64,000 nt of DNA from Gammaproteobacteria bacterium (GTDB lineage Bacteria > Pseudomonadota > Gammaproteobacteria > UBA4575), in contig OZ242168.1 in assembly GCA_965205275.1 (NCBI GenBank), forward strand, positions 1,278,355 through 1,342,354, read 5' to 3'. Made by a program: the position numbers and the translations under genes. Under the pieces are notes generated by a model. That model had not been told where the DNA came from and did not search any database. It saw only the letters and a list, made by a program, of their open reading frames with translations. Positions 33,192-43,068 of the stretch are shown in pieces (position 1 is the first letter of the stretch; each line of letters starts with the position of its first letter).

Positions 33192-33925
33192 CCTGAGTTA
33201 TAGCCTTCCACCAGCGATTTGAAATCCTGATCAGAATAATTAAATGAGGACTCCATATTTTTCAGCTTGAGCAATGAACGCTGCAGCCTTGCAATGTTAT
33301 TTTTCTGTGATGCACTTGTGTTTCTGCCAATAACCGCTTTATCAAAATCGATCAGAAACACCCTCTCTTTTTCATCAAGCAGAATATTGTGTGCATTAAG
33401 ATCGGCATGATTGCAGTTTTTATCATGAAACTGTCTGATCACCATGCCAATTTTGCGCCAAGTTTCAACCGGAAGCTGATTTTCAGTCAACCTCGAACTC
33501 AGTGATTGTGCCCTCGGGATGAGCCGGGTGATGATGTCTGCCCTGTATATCAAGCCTCTTCTTCGCACATGTGCAGCAACAGGGGCCGGCACGGGCAAAT
33601 TCAGACGCTGAAGGACAAGCAAGGCCTGGAGTTCGCCCATGGCTCTGGTCTTATGCAAGCTGCGCCACAGATAGGCATCATTAATGAATTTAGCCACTGT
33701 ACCGCCACGGTAGTAATGACGTAACACCAGGGACTGGTCATGATATGTAAACAAATGCAACCCTCCACGACCTTTTATATCAGCTGACAACAGCCGTTTA
33801 TAGCGCAGGGAAGGATCTGAAGAGAGGAATTCAGGACTAAACAAGTCAATCGGGAATTCTGAAAACAGGCTTTTGTTATAGGCAACAATATCGTTACCAT
33901 AGTGGTTGAACTCAACAGAATCCAT
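33188..33925 (-). CDS. kdkA: Kdo kinase
   Basis: LPS-kinase fold with catalytic HADLNAHNILLD and FLIDFDKA. 245 aa, convergent with waaA. Confidence 0.8.
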   Translation of the reverse strand: MDSVEFNHYGNDIVAYNKSLFSEFPIDLFSPEFLSSDPSLRYKRLLSADIKGRGGLHLFTYHDQSLVLRHYYRGGTVAKFINDAYLWRSLHKTRAMGELQALLVLQRLNLPVPAPVAAHVRRRGLIYRADIITRLIPRAQSLSSRLTENQLPVETWRKIGMVIRQFHDKNCNHADLNAHNILLDEKERVFLIDFDKAVIGRNTSASQKNNIARLQRSLLKLKNMESSFNYSDQDFKSLVEGYNSG

Positions 33926-33970
33926 TGATACTGCTTTTGCGGTTATACATCAGTTTACAATTCACTCAAC

Positions 33971-35011
33971 ATGGGCAATCCACCAAAATCCATATGTCTT
34001 GTACGGCTCTCTGCAATTGGCGATGTAACACATATGGTCCCGGTAGTGCGTACGGTTCAAAAATACTGGCCCGAAACTGAACTGACCTGGATCATTGGAA
34101 AAAATGAAGCCAAGCTGGTTCATGACATTCCCGGCATTGAGTTTATCAAGTTTGATAAAGCAAATGCGATAAGCAGTTATCGCTCCATCGCCCGGAAAAC
34201 CGGGCACCGGAAATTTGATGTACTGCTTTGTGCCCAAGTCTCACTGCGAGCAAACCTGATCGGTGCACTGATTCATGCAGATCTGAAGCTCGGCTATGAC
34301 AGGGCACGCTCCAAGGATCTGCACTCTTTTTTTATCCGCCAGCGTATCAAACCTGCATTGCAACAGCATGTCCTGGACAGCTTTTTCAGTTTCATCGAGC
34401 ATATCGGCCTGCCCTATCGTGATATGCGCTGGGATTACAACATCCCGGACGATGCCCATCAATTTGCCAAAAAGCACCTGGCAAGTGACCGTTTCAAGGT
34501 GATCATCAGCCCCTGTTCCAGCCACCTCCTTAGAAACTGGAGCGCAGAACGCTATGCGGCCGTTGCTGATTATGCAACCCAGTCACTGGGTGCCCAAGTC
34601 ATACTCTGCGGCGGAAACTCTTCGACGGAACTCCAGATGGGACAGGAAATTGAAAGCCGCATGCAAACGAAACCCCTGAACCTGATTGGCAAGGATACCT
34701 TAAAGAAATTTCTTGCATTGTTACAAGGCGCAGACGTTATCATTTCGCCAGACTCCGGTCCTGCACATATAGCTACTGGGCTCGACATCCCTGTAATCGG
34801 ACTCTATGCTGCAAGCAACCCCAGGCGCAGCGGCCCCTATTTCAGTCAGCGATGGTGCGTAGATAAATACGGGGTTGCCGCACAAACTTTCAAAAACAAA
34901 TCTGAAAATGAATTAAAATGGGGTACGAAACTGGAATACCAGGGCGTCATGAACCTGATTACAGTAGACGATGTGATCTCCAAATTAGACACCCTTGACA
35001 ACAATCAATAA
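33971..35011 (+). CDS. Glycosyltransferase family 9 (heptosyltransferase-like; could be WaaC/WaaQ-type)
   Basis: N-terminal RLSAIGDVTHMVPVV and C-terminal PDSGPAHIATGLDIPVIGLY GT9 motifs. Confidence 0.8.
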   Translation: MGNPPKSICLVRLSAIGDVTHMVPVVRTVQKYWPETELTWIIGKNEAKLVHDIPGIEFIKFDKANAISSYRSIARKTGHRKFDVLLCAQVSLRANLIGALIHADLKLGYDRARSKDLHSFFIRQRIKPALQQHVLDSFFSFIEHIGLPYRDMRWDYNIPDDAHQFAKKHLASDRFKVIISPCSSHLLRNWSAERYAAVADYATQSLGAQVILCGGNSSTELQMGQEIESRMQTKPLNLIGKDTLKKFLALLQGADVIISPDSGPAHIATGLDIPVIGLYAASNPRRSGPYFSQRWCVDKYGVAAQTFKNKSENELKWGTKLEYQGVMNLITVDDVISKLDTLDNNQ

Positions 35012-35034
35012 ATCATCAATACCCGAACCCGGCA

Positions 35035-35439
35035 ATGGAAAATATAAGTGTACCTGTCTCGCCTGGAGAATTACTGGACAAAATCACCATACTGGAAATC
35101 AAGGCAGAGCAGATCACTGATACTGAAAAATTACGAAACGTAAAGACGGAACTGCATCTGTTGACTCAGGTGTGGAAACAGTCCTCCGTAGATAACGACA
35201 GAGTTCAGCTACTCAAGCAGGCACTCAAGGTAGTCAATCAGAGCTTATGGAAGATAGAGGATAAAATTCGTATCAAGGAATCCCGAAAAGAATTTGATCA
35301 GGAATTCATAGAGCTGGCACGTTCTGTGTACTTGCAAAATGACAAGCGTGCAGCAACCAAAAAAGAAATCAATGCACTGCTCGGCTCCAGGATAATGGAA
35401 GAAAAATCATACGCCCAGTACCAGTCAGCCCCAAGCTGA
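35035..35439 (+). CDS. Hypothetical cytoplasmic helical protein (134 aa)
   Basis: Clean ORF 23 nt after the GT9 gene, charged and helical in composition. No motif recognised. Confidence 0.55.
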   Translation: MENISVPVSPGELLDKITILEIKAEQITDTEKLRNVKTELHLLTQVWKQSSVDNDRVQLLKQALKVVNQSLWKIEDKIRIKESRKEFDQEFIELARSVYLQNDKRAATKKEINALLGSRIMEEKSYAQYQSAPS

Positions 35440-36117
35440 CATCCGGTTTCTGTACCAGATCGACACTACGTAAAGCATGATAAACAATGCCAGCAGGCTT
35501 TCTTTGACCTCACCTGCCGGAACATCCAACACAGCAGGCACATCAACACCCAAACCCCGGTATATTTTTTCATGCCAGCTTACCAAAAGTGAGAACAGGG
35601 CAGCTGGCAAACACACATACGTGGGCCACAACCAGTATTGCAATGACCGGCTGTCTGGATATCGCCTAGTGATAGCACAATAAAGAGGTGCTAGGACGCC
35701 CCCAATCAATGCTGCAACCGATACCAGTGTTCTTGGAATCTGGTCAAACAACGCGCCTGTATTATGCAAATTTGTTTCACCCTGATCATTGACATGCAGC
35801 AAGCTTGCGGGTGTTTTCCAATCAAAAATATGCTGCCCCCAACTCATTTCCTCTCCGGCAAAGTATACGCAACCAAGCATCATCAAGAGCATCCACCACC
35901 GAGACCAGCCATGACCAGGGGTCTTGCCTGACACCAGAAAAGTCAAGCCAAAGAGGATTGCAATGAGCAAGAAAACCACAGTCGATACTTCTATCCAGCT
36001 ATTTTCCCCGTATAAATATGAATCAGCATCCGCTGCGCTAAAGCGCAAAATGTAAGGCAAGAGAAAAACAACCATCGGCAGCACTAACCAGAGCAACCTG
36101 TGCAAATCCTTTTTCAT
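35425..36117 (-). CDS. Hypothetical polytopic membrane protein (230 aa)
   Basis: About 6 hydrophobic segments and a conserved-looking FAGEEMSWGQH motif. Its 3' end overlaps the convergent 134-aa gene by 15 nt. Confidence 0.6.
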   Translation of the reverse strand: MKKDLHRLLWLVLPMVVFLLPYILRFSAADADSYLYGENSWIEVSTVVFLLIAILFGLTFLVSGKTPGHGWSRWWMLLMMLGCVYFAGEEMSWGQHIFDWKTPASLLHVNDQGETNLHNTGALFDQIPRTLVSVAALIGGVLAPLYCAITRRYPDSRSLQYWLWPTYVCLPAALFSLLVSWHEKIYRGLGVDVPAVLDVPAGEVKESLLALFIMLYVVSIWYRNRMSAWG

Positions 36118-36516
36118 ACTTTTCGATTCTTGGCAACAAACAGATGTTGCTGCTTACCTCTTCGTTCCTGGTTTCCAAGATTCCTGTAATCGCTATGATG
36201 CGACTCGCTGCGTAACCCCGCTTTTCATGCCAAATGCAACGGGCGGAAGGGCCTTACAGGCTGTAGCCACAGGCTACAGCCATAACGCTTGGGCACCCGG
36301 ACACCTTCCCTTCCGGTTACTATAATATATCCTGCGCGAATGCCCATAATCATGGACCCCGTGTGTTCAAGGACCAAACCATATATCCGGAACCGCCGTC
36401 GGCGACACCTATTGCAAACTGTGCTGCGCAAGTCATTGCCTTGCTTGCGGTCTCAATGCTTTATGCTTTGTACAGTTTTTAATGAATACAACGTCTTTGG
36501 ATAGAAATTACCCGTA

Positions 36517-37959
36517 TCAGGTATTTAATATGGAACCAATGATAGTTGTGGTCGAACAGCCTTCTATATAGGGCGATATAACTACGTCGCCTCCGTAACT
36601 ACTGACCAGTTCAGACTCAGCAAGTTTTTCTTTTTCATAATCCCCGCCTTTGATATATATATCAGGTTGTAATTCCGTTATCAATGCCAGTGGAGTATCC
36701 TCAGAGAAAGGTATAATCCAGTCGATACAACTCAATTCCTCCAGTACAGCGATACGATTTTGCAAGCTGCATACAGGACGACCGTCACCTTTCAGATGGC
36801 GAACCGATGTGTCGTCATTGATAGCAACAATCAAACAGTCTCCCCTGGATTTGGCGTCACGAAGACAAGCAATGTGGCCACGGTGAATCAGATCAAAACA
36901 TCCATTAGTAAAAACAATTTTTTCATTGTTGCTTTTTAAAGCAGACAGGGACTGCTTTAATTCGTCAATATCCGTTACCCTTTTGCTCCGGCCAGCAGGA
37001 ACGTGTACATTAAACTCTAACTCTTCCATGGTTACAGAAACGGTGCCGAGTTTGCTCACCGCAACCCCTGCTCCCAGGTTTGCAATTTTTACAGAATCTG
37101 CAAGCGAATAATTTGCGGATATCGCAGACGCAAACAAACCGACAACTGTATCCCCTGCACCTGTGACATCGTAAACCTCTTTGGCCTGTGTAGGAAAATG
37201 CCTTGCCTGCTGGCCCTGTGCATACAAAGACATGCCACGCTCACTGCGCGTAATCAATAATGCGTCAAGATTCAGCTCCCCGCACATCCTGACAGCTTTA
37301 TCCTCAAGCTCGGCTTCATCCGAACATGGGCCTACAACCTGCATGAACTCCTGATAGTTTGGCGTAATGATGTTTGCATTTTTATACTTGTCAAAGTTGG
37401 CCCCTTTTGGATCCACAATGACCTGTTTATTTTCTTTGCGCGCAGCTCTTATAATTTTCTCAATCCGTGTAACTGCCCCTTTGTCATAATCAGATATCAC
37501 TATAGTCTCGTAATCGGGAATCCGCTTCTGGCAAGCCTCGATTACTTCAGTGTTATCCACTTCTTCATCACCACTTTCGTAGTCCAGTCTAAGCAGCTGC
37601 TGATTTCGGCTGATTACACGCAGTTTGGTGGGCGTTTTGAAATTTTTCTTGCAAACAATTTCCGTATTGATGGCCGTACGACCCAGCAAATCCAGTAACC
37701 TGTTCCCATTCTCATCGCTACCAACCATTCCAATCAAAGTAACAGTGGCGCCCAAGCTGCTGGCATTCATGGCTACATTTGCAGCGCCCCCCAATCGATT
37801 TTCCATGTTTTCGATATTGACAATCGGAGCAGGTGCCTCAGGAGATATACGGGTGGTTTCACCAAGCCAGTACTGGTCCAGTATGACATCACCAATCACC
37901 AGGACTTTTGCATTACTAAGGTTGCTCAAATTCATGGAGATAAAATCCGTCACAGACAA
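36517..37959 (-). CDS. hldE: Bifunctional D-beta-D-heptose 7-phosphate kinase / heptose 1-phosphate adenylyltransferase
   Basis: N-terminal PfkB-type kinase (DVTGAGDTV) plus a C-terminal cytidylyltransferase HxGH motif (FTNGCFDLIHRGH). 480 aa. Confidence 0.93.
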   Translation of the reverse strand: MSVTDFISMNLSNLSNAKVLVIGDVILDQYWLGETTRISPEAPAPIVNIENMENRLGGAANVAMNASSLGATVTLIGMVGSDENGNRLLDLLGRTAINTEIVCKKNFKTPTKLRVISRNQQLLRLDYESGDEEVDNTEVIEACQKRIPDYETIVISDYDKGAVTRIEKIIRAARKENKQVIVDPKGANFDKYKNANIITPNYQEFMQVVGPCSDEAELEDKAVRMCGELNLDALLITRSERGMSLYAQGQQARHFPTQAKEVYDVTGAGDTVVGLFASAISANYSLADSVKIANLGAGVAVSKLGTVSVTMEELEFNVHVPAGRSKRVTDIDELKQSLSALKSNNEKIVFTNGCFDLIHRGHIACLRDAKSRGDCLIVAINDDTSVRHLKGDGRPVCSLQNRIAVLEELSCIDWIIPFSEDTPLALITELQPDIYIKGGDYEKEKLAESELVSSYGGDVVISPYIEGCSTTTIIGSILNT

Positions 37960-38027
37960 CTATAGACTCATGTTGCCGACCCATGCCTGTATACAAGTAT
38001 TGCAGACAAATCACTGAGCAAGCCGCA

Positions 38028-38987
38028 TCAAACCGCACGCGATACGTAAGACAGCCAGGAATCATGCAGGTTGCTTTTCCCATGTGCCATATCAAAATAC
38101 ATCGTTTGCAGTTTTTGGGTAACAGGACCTGGCATACCCTGCCCTATGACGCGGTTATCAAGTTCGCGTATTGGCGTGACTTCAGCCGCTGTACCTGTAA
38201 AAAAAACCTCATCCGCTATATATACCTCATCACGTGTTATTCGTTTTTCAACCAGAGGGATATTAATCGAGCTTGCCAGCGCAATCACGGTATTGCGCGT
38301 GATGCCGTCGAGCCCAGAAGTCAGTTCCGGAGTAAAAAGCGTTTCTCCCTTAACGACAAAAATATTTTCACCACTTCCTTCCGCCACAAAACCGTCTACA
38401 TCCAGCAACAGCGCTTCATCATAACCATCCTGTAAGGCTTCATTTAATGCAAGCATCGAATTAACGTAATTACCGTTAAGCTTGGCTCTACACATTGCAA
38501 CATTTACATGATGACGCGAATAGGATGAAGTTTTAACACGGATCCCGCTTCTCATTTTCTCTTCACCGAAATAGGAACCCCACTCCCACGCCGCAACGAT
38601 ACAATGGACTTTTAAATTGTCAGCCCTCAGACCCATACCTTCCGCACCATAAAAACACATTGGCCGTATATAGCCGGAAGACAAATTATTTTTACTGACA
38701 ACATCAAGTTGCGCCTGATTAATTTGCTGAGGGCTGAACGGCAGCGGCATACCAATGATTTTTGCAGAATTGAACAATCTGCTGGTGTGATCATGAAGCC
38801 GGAAAATCGCTGTCCCTTGATCGGTTTGGTACGCACGCACCCCCTCAAATACCCCAGCACCATAATGCAGAGTATGAGTGAGCACATGTGTGTTTGCTTC
38901 CCGCCATGGCACAAACTCATTGTTGTACCAGATGAAACCATCCCTATCGGCCATCGACATTTCTAGTTGACTCCTTAGAACAGTCAT
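38028..38987 (-). CDS. ilvE: Branched-chain amino acid aminotransferase
   Basis: Class IV aminotransferase: IWYNNEFVPW, HYGAGVFEGVRAY and EVFFTGTAAEVTPI. The start is probably an internal Met near 38960. Confidence 0.92.
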   Translation of the reverse strand: MTVLRSQLEMSMADRDGFIWYNNEFVPWREANTHVLTHTLHYGAGVFEGVRAYQTDQGTAIFRLHDHTSRLFNSAKIIGMPLPFSPQQINQAQLDVVSKNNLSSGYIRPMCFYGAEGMGLRADNLKVHCIVAAWEWGSYFGEEKMRSGIRVKTSSYSRHHVNVAMCRAKLNGNYVNSMLALNEALQDGYDEALLLDVDGFVAEGSGENIFVVKGETLFTPELTSGLDGITRNTVIALASSINIPLVEKRITRDEVYIADEVFFTGTAAEVTPIRELDNRVIGQGMPGPVTQKLQTMYFDMAHGKSNLHDSWLSYVSRAV

Positions 38988-39004
38988 GCAGCTGTCGTAA
39001 CGGT

Positions 39005-41872
39005 TTAGTGTAACAGACTTGCCCAGTAATTTTGTATGACAGATCGCTCCTCAGCAAACCTGTCCGTTGCTACTGTTTCCGGCAACAATTGCAGGCTCAG
39101 CTTGTGAAGGTGTTTGCGATACGCAATATAAATCGCCTTGAGTTCCTGTGCCGCTTCCTGCTTGATCAGACCGGCATCAGAACATGCATCCAGAATTCTC
39201 ACGTTGTCTGTATGCACGCAGATCTCATTGTGCCGGCTTGCATGGCTCAGCACGTAGAACTGGACAATAAATTCTATATCTATAATTCCACCCTTGTCTT
39301 TTTTAAGGCTGAGTTGTGCCCCGTCCCTGGCGCTACGCCCCCCCATCAGGATTTTTTCCCGCATCTCAATCACCGATGCCCGTACTTCTTCAATATTACG
39401 TGCCTGACAAAGGATGTCCTTTCTCAGTTCCAGAAAAGTATCCGCCAGACTCCGGCTTGCCGTTACAGGTCGAGCACGAATCAGGGCTTGATGCTCCCAC
39501 AGCCATGCCTTGTTTCTCAAATAATCCTCATACGCCGCCAAGGAACAGACCATGGGCCCTGATTCACCATACGGCCTGAGCCTTGTATCAATATCAAAAA
39601 CCTTCCCTGACGGGGTCAAGGTTGTCAGCAGGTGTATGGCACGCTGCACAACCCGGGTAAAAAAGACATCATTATGCAGCCTGTCCTTACCCTCCGTTTC
39701 ACCGGATACATCCAGACTGTTATGCACAAAAACGACATCCAGATCAGATCCGTACCCCAGTTCCAGCCCGCCCAGTTTCCCATATTCAATGATCAGCAAT
39801 TCCGGAGTCATGACTTCTCCATCCACTATACATTTCGGCTCGCCATGCCTGTTGACCAGATCGTGATAGGCCTTGTGCACGGCACTCTTAATACAAGTCT
39901 CACCCAGCCACGACAAATGATCGCTGACGCGCATGATCGGGTAGTCCGTAACAATATCTGCGGCCGCAATCCGCAAGACCTGCGCATGCTTGAATTCACG
40001 CAGACGCTCCATATACACCTCCAGGTTATCTCCAGATGCATCTACAAGCATCTGTAGCTGCTCAAGCACCTGTAACTGATACTGCATCTCTTCCAGGTCT
40101 GGTGGGTCACAACTGTCCGGATGCAGCAGTTCATCCAGTAAGAGCGGATGCATGGCAATGTATTGCGCCACCCATTGGCTGGCCTCGATGAGCTTGAGCA
40201 GTTTTGCAAGATTGCTCTGATTTTCGGTCAGCAGGGAAATATAGGTGGAACGCTGCACTATTTTACCCAGAATCCCCAAAAAACGGGTCAGTATCAAGAC
40301 CGGCTGCGAGTTACAAGAAAGATTTTGCAAAAGGAGAGGAACAAACCTTTCGAGTCTTTGTTTTGCTATCGGCTCAATCTGCTGCACCGACCCCGCAAAT
40401 CCCTGCAAACGCTGGTAGATATCACTGGCATCATCTTCAAAGTATCTCGCCAGGATATCCATGCACAATGGCTTGTCCTGGATCTGTTGCCACACAAGCA
40501 CAAAATTGTCCCTGTCTTCTGTCGGCTCGTCATCGCCTGCCTGATCGGTTTGCAACAGGGCCTGGAATATATTACTGACGTTTGAGGTATGGGACAGATA
40601 TTCAGCATACATTGCATCCCAGGATTCAGCTCCCATTGCATGGGCGTACTGCAACCGGTCCGAATCCCTGGCCGGCAGACTGTAAACCTGCTGGTCGTCT
40701 CGCATCTGCAAACCATTTTCCGCTTTCCTCAAAAACAGATAAGCGCGGCGCAGAGCAGAAACGCTTTCGTCAGACAACCTTCCCGATCCACCCAGATATT
40801 GCAATGCCTCAAGGGTTGAGCGCATACGCAGGTCGGGGTCACGGCCACCGTAGATAAGCTGGAACATCTGTGCAACAAATTCAACCTCACGAATGCCTCC
40901 CCGCCCGATTTTCAGATTTTCCCGGTTTGTGGTCTGATTCGCCTTTTGGTCCACCATGGCCTTCATCTCACGTAATGACTGCATCACGCCATAATCATGA
41001 TAACGGCGATACACAAAGGGACTGACATCCTTGAGAAACCGTTCACCGGTATCCACGTCCCCGGCGATCGCGCGAGCCCTGACCCAGGCATAACGTTCCC
41101 AGTCGCGGCCGGTCGTTTGAAAATACTGATCGATCGCTGTAAGGCTGGGCACCAACGCACCGGAATTGCCAAAAGGTCTCAGCCTTGTATCGACTCTGAA
41201 AACAAACCCATCCTGAGTCTGTTGTGCAAGCACCTTGATCAATAACTGTACAAGTTTCAGGTAGAAGCTGCTGGCTTTGGCGTGCTGGTCCTGTGTGTGA
41301 GTTGTGTCTCCCGTATAGGCAAATACAAGATCCACATCCGATGAAAAATTAAGCTCATGGCCTCCGAGTTTGCCAAGTGCAAAAACCACGATATTGTTTG
41401 GTAAAGACTGCTCAAACTGGCGGGTATGGGAACGTGACCTCAACCACTCGAAACACCACGACAGTGACTGGTCAATACAAATTTGCGCATACGTACTAAG
41501 CTCGGTTAACGTCTGCTGGACACTTGCGTATTGTTGAAGGTCGCGCCATGCAATTCGCGCATAGACACAGGACCGCGATTGCCGTAATGATTGCTGCAAG
41601 GCCTCGACACCCGTCGCCTGGGAAACGGCGGATTCCAGCTGCTCCACATACTGCCCGGCGTCGTAATCAGCATGCAGCCCCCCTTGCGTGAGCAATTCCT
41701 GCAACCATTGCGGCTGTGAGAGACAAACACGCCTGACAAAAGGACTCGCATACCATATGGCCAGAATTTCATCCTGGTGCTTTGTGAAAGACGCATCCTC
41801 AATACATCCAAGCAACGTCTGGAAATCCTGCTCAAGTTTGGGAGGAAGCTGGGTAGGCAGAAATCGGAGCAT
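39005..41872 (-). CDS. glnE: Bifunctional glutamine synthetase adenylyltransferase / adenylyl-removing enzyme
   Basis: Two nucleotidyltransferase domains (GKLGGHELNFSSDVDLVF and GKLGGLELGYGSDLDVVF), 955 aa. Confidence 0.95.
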   Translation of the reverse strand: MLRFLPTQLPPKLEQDFQTLLGCIEDASFTKHQDEILAIWYASPFVRRVCLSQPQWLQELLTQGGLHADYDAGQYVEQLESAVSQATGVEALQQSLRQSRSCVYARIAWRDLQQYASVQQTLTELSTYAQICIDQSLSWCFEWLRSRSHTRQFEQSLPNNIVVFALGKLGGHELNFSSDVDLVFAYTGDTTHTQDQHAKASSFYLKLVQLLIKVLAQQTQDGFVFRVDTRLRPFGNSGALVPSLTAIDQYFQTTGRDWERYAWVRARAIAGDVDTGERFLKDVSPFVYRRYHDYGVMQSLREMKAMVDQKANQTTNRENLKIGRGGIREVEFVAQMFQLIYGGRDPDLRMRSTLEALQYLGGSGRLSDESVSALRRAYLFLRKAENGLQMRDDQQVYSLPARDSDRLQYAHAMGAESWDAMYAEYLSHTSNVSNIFQALLQTDQAGDDEPTEDRDNFVLVWQQIQDKPLCMDILARYFEDDASDIYQRLQGFAGSVQQIEPIAKQRLERFVPLLLQNLSCNSQPVLILTRFLGILGKIVQRSTYISLLTENQSNLAKLLKLIEASQWVAQYIAMHPLLLDELLHPDSCDPPDLEEMQYQLQVLEQLQMLVDASGDNLEVYMERLREFKHAQVLRIAAADIVTDYPIMRVSDHLSWLGETCIKSAVHKAYHDLVNRHGEPKCIVDGEVMTPELLIIEYGKLGGLELGYGSDLDVVFVHNSLDVSGETEGKDRLHNDVFFTRVVQRAIHLLTTLTPSGKVFDIDTRLRPYGESGPMVCSLAAYEDYLRNKAWLWEHQALIRARPVTASRSLADTFLELRKDILCQARNIEEVRASVIEMREKILMGGRSARDGAQLSLKKDKGGIIDIEFIVQFYVLSHASRHNEICVHTDNVRILDACSDAGLIKQEAAQELKAIYIAYRKHLHKLSLQLLPETVATDRFAEERSVIQNYWASLLH

Positions 41873-42024
41873 GGCTGCAAAATAAACAAGTATAGATGAA
41901 ATGGCGTGATTTTATAGTCGACCTGCACAATTGAGATATTCTAAATGCTAATAAGAATAGCTACTATTACTATTTTGAAACTGCACAGTAATTATGCTAA
42001 TTTCAAAAGGAGTTTCCTCTTAAC

Positions 42025-43056
42025 ATGAAAATTCAGAATTTGCATAAAGTTCAATTGGGGCTTGTATTGTGCCTATGTCTGTCCGGTTCGCTCCTGAATG
42101 CTGCAGAAGTAAACGTTTATTCGGCCAGAAAAGAAAATCTTATCAAACCGCTGTTACTTCAATTTGCAGAACATACAGGCATCCATGTCAATCTGATCAC
42201 AGGAAAGGCCGATGCCCTGCTACAGCGTATCGTCAGCGAAGGCAAACACAGTCCTGCAGATGTTCTCATTACTACCGATGCGGGACGTCTGTACAGGGCC
42301 CAGCAGGCAAAAATCCTACAGCCTGTCGCAGATTCCGCGATTCTCAGGGATGCGGTTCCAAAACAGTATAGAGACCCACAAGGATACTGGTTCGCACTGT
42401 CGCTGAGGGTCCGCCCTGTCATGTATGCCGTAGGTCGCGTCAGACCGGAGGAACTTTCCACCTATGAAGCTTTGAGTAATCCTGCCTGGCATCAGAAAAT
42501 CTGCATCCGGTCATCTGACAACATTTATAACCAGTCCCTGATGGCATCCTTACTTGTGCATCTGGGCGAGGAGGACGCCCTTGCCTGGGCCAAAGGCCTA
42601 GTAAGCAATTTTGCGCGCCCTCCACAAGGGGGTGATCGTGACCAGATCAAGGCCGTCGCAGCCGGCCAATGTGATGTGGCAATAGCCAACAGCTACTACT
42701 TGGGGAAGATGCTCGCTTCCAAAGACCTTTCCCAACGGGAAGCCGCTGAAAAAGTAAACATATTCTGGCCCAACCAAGAAGACCGGGGAGTGCATGTAAA
42801 TATCAGCGGCGGCGCTGTAACCAGGTCTTCAAAAAACAGGGCATCGGCCATCGCGTTACTGGAATTCCTGGTAAGTGATGCCGCACAACAATGGTATGCA
42901 GAAACCAATTTTGAATACCCGGTTAAACCCGGCATACCACCCAGCAAAATGCTGGAGAACTGGGGTAAATTCAAAGCTGACCCCCTGAGCCTGCATCTGC
43001 TTGGCGAGTTCAATGCAAAAGCTGTGATGGTCATGGATCATGCCAAATGGAAATGA
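42025..43056 (+). CDS. Fe(3+) ABC transporter periplasmic binding protein
   Basis: Signal peptide then EVNVYSARKENLIKPLL, typical of FbpA/AfuA-type binding proteins. Followed by a fused-permease gene and an ATPase gene. Confidence 0.85.
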   Translation: MKIQNLHKVQLGLVLCLCLSGSLLNAAEVNVYSARKENLIKPLLLQFAEHTGIHVNLITGKADALLQRIVSEGKHSPADVLITTDAGRLYRAQQAKILQPVADSAILRDAVPKQYRDPQGYWFALSLRVRPVMYAVGRVRPEELSTYEALSNPAWHQKICIRSSDNIYNQSLMASLLVHLGEEDALAWAKGLVSNFARPPQGGDRDQIKAVAAGQCDVAIANSYYLGKMLASKDLSQREAAEKVNIFWPNQEDRGVHVNISGGAVTRSSKNRASAIALLEFLVSDAAQQWYAETNFEYPVKPGIPPSKMLENWGKFKADPLSLHLLGEFNAKAVMVMDHAKWK

Positions 43057-43068
43057 GCACAGACAAAA

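Noticed and set aside
36225-36504. 68-aa (minus) and 71-aa (plus) ORFs in the hldE-downstream gap
   Set aside because: They are mutually overlapping, Arg/Cys-rich and lack an RBS. The region is better explained as structured non-coding DNA.
39032-40585. Several 100-176-aa plus-strand ORFs
   Set aside because: All are embedded antisense in glnE, which is continuous for 955 aa with both nucleotidyltransferase motifs.
41944-42001. Possible Fur box upstream of the Fe(3+) ABC transporter (AT-rich, ATGCTAAT repeated twice 47 bp apart)
   Set aside because: Iron regulation is plausible. However, aligning by eye to GATAATGATAATCATTATC gave only partial hexamer matches, for example GCTAAT and AAGAAT. 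That is not enough to call an operator without a scoring matrix.
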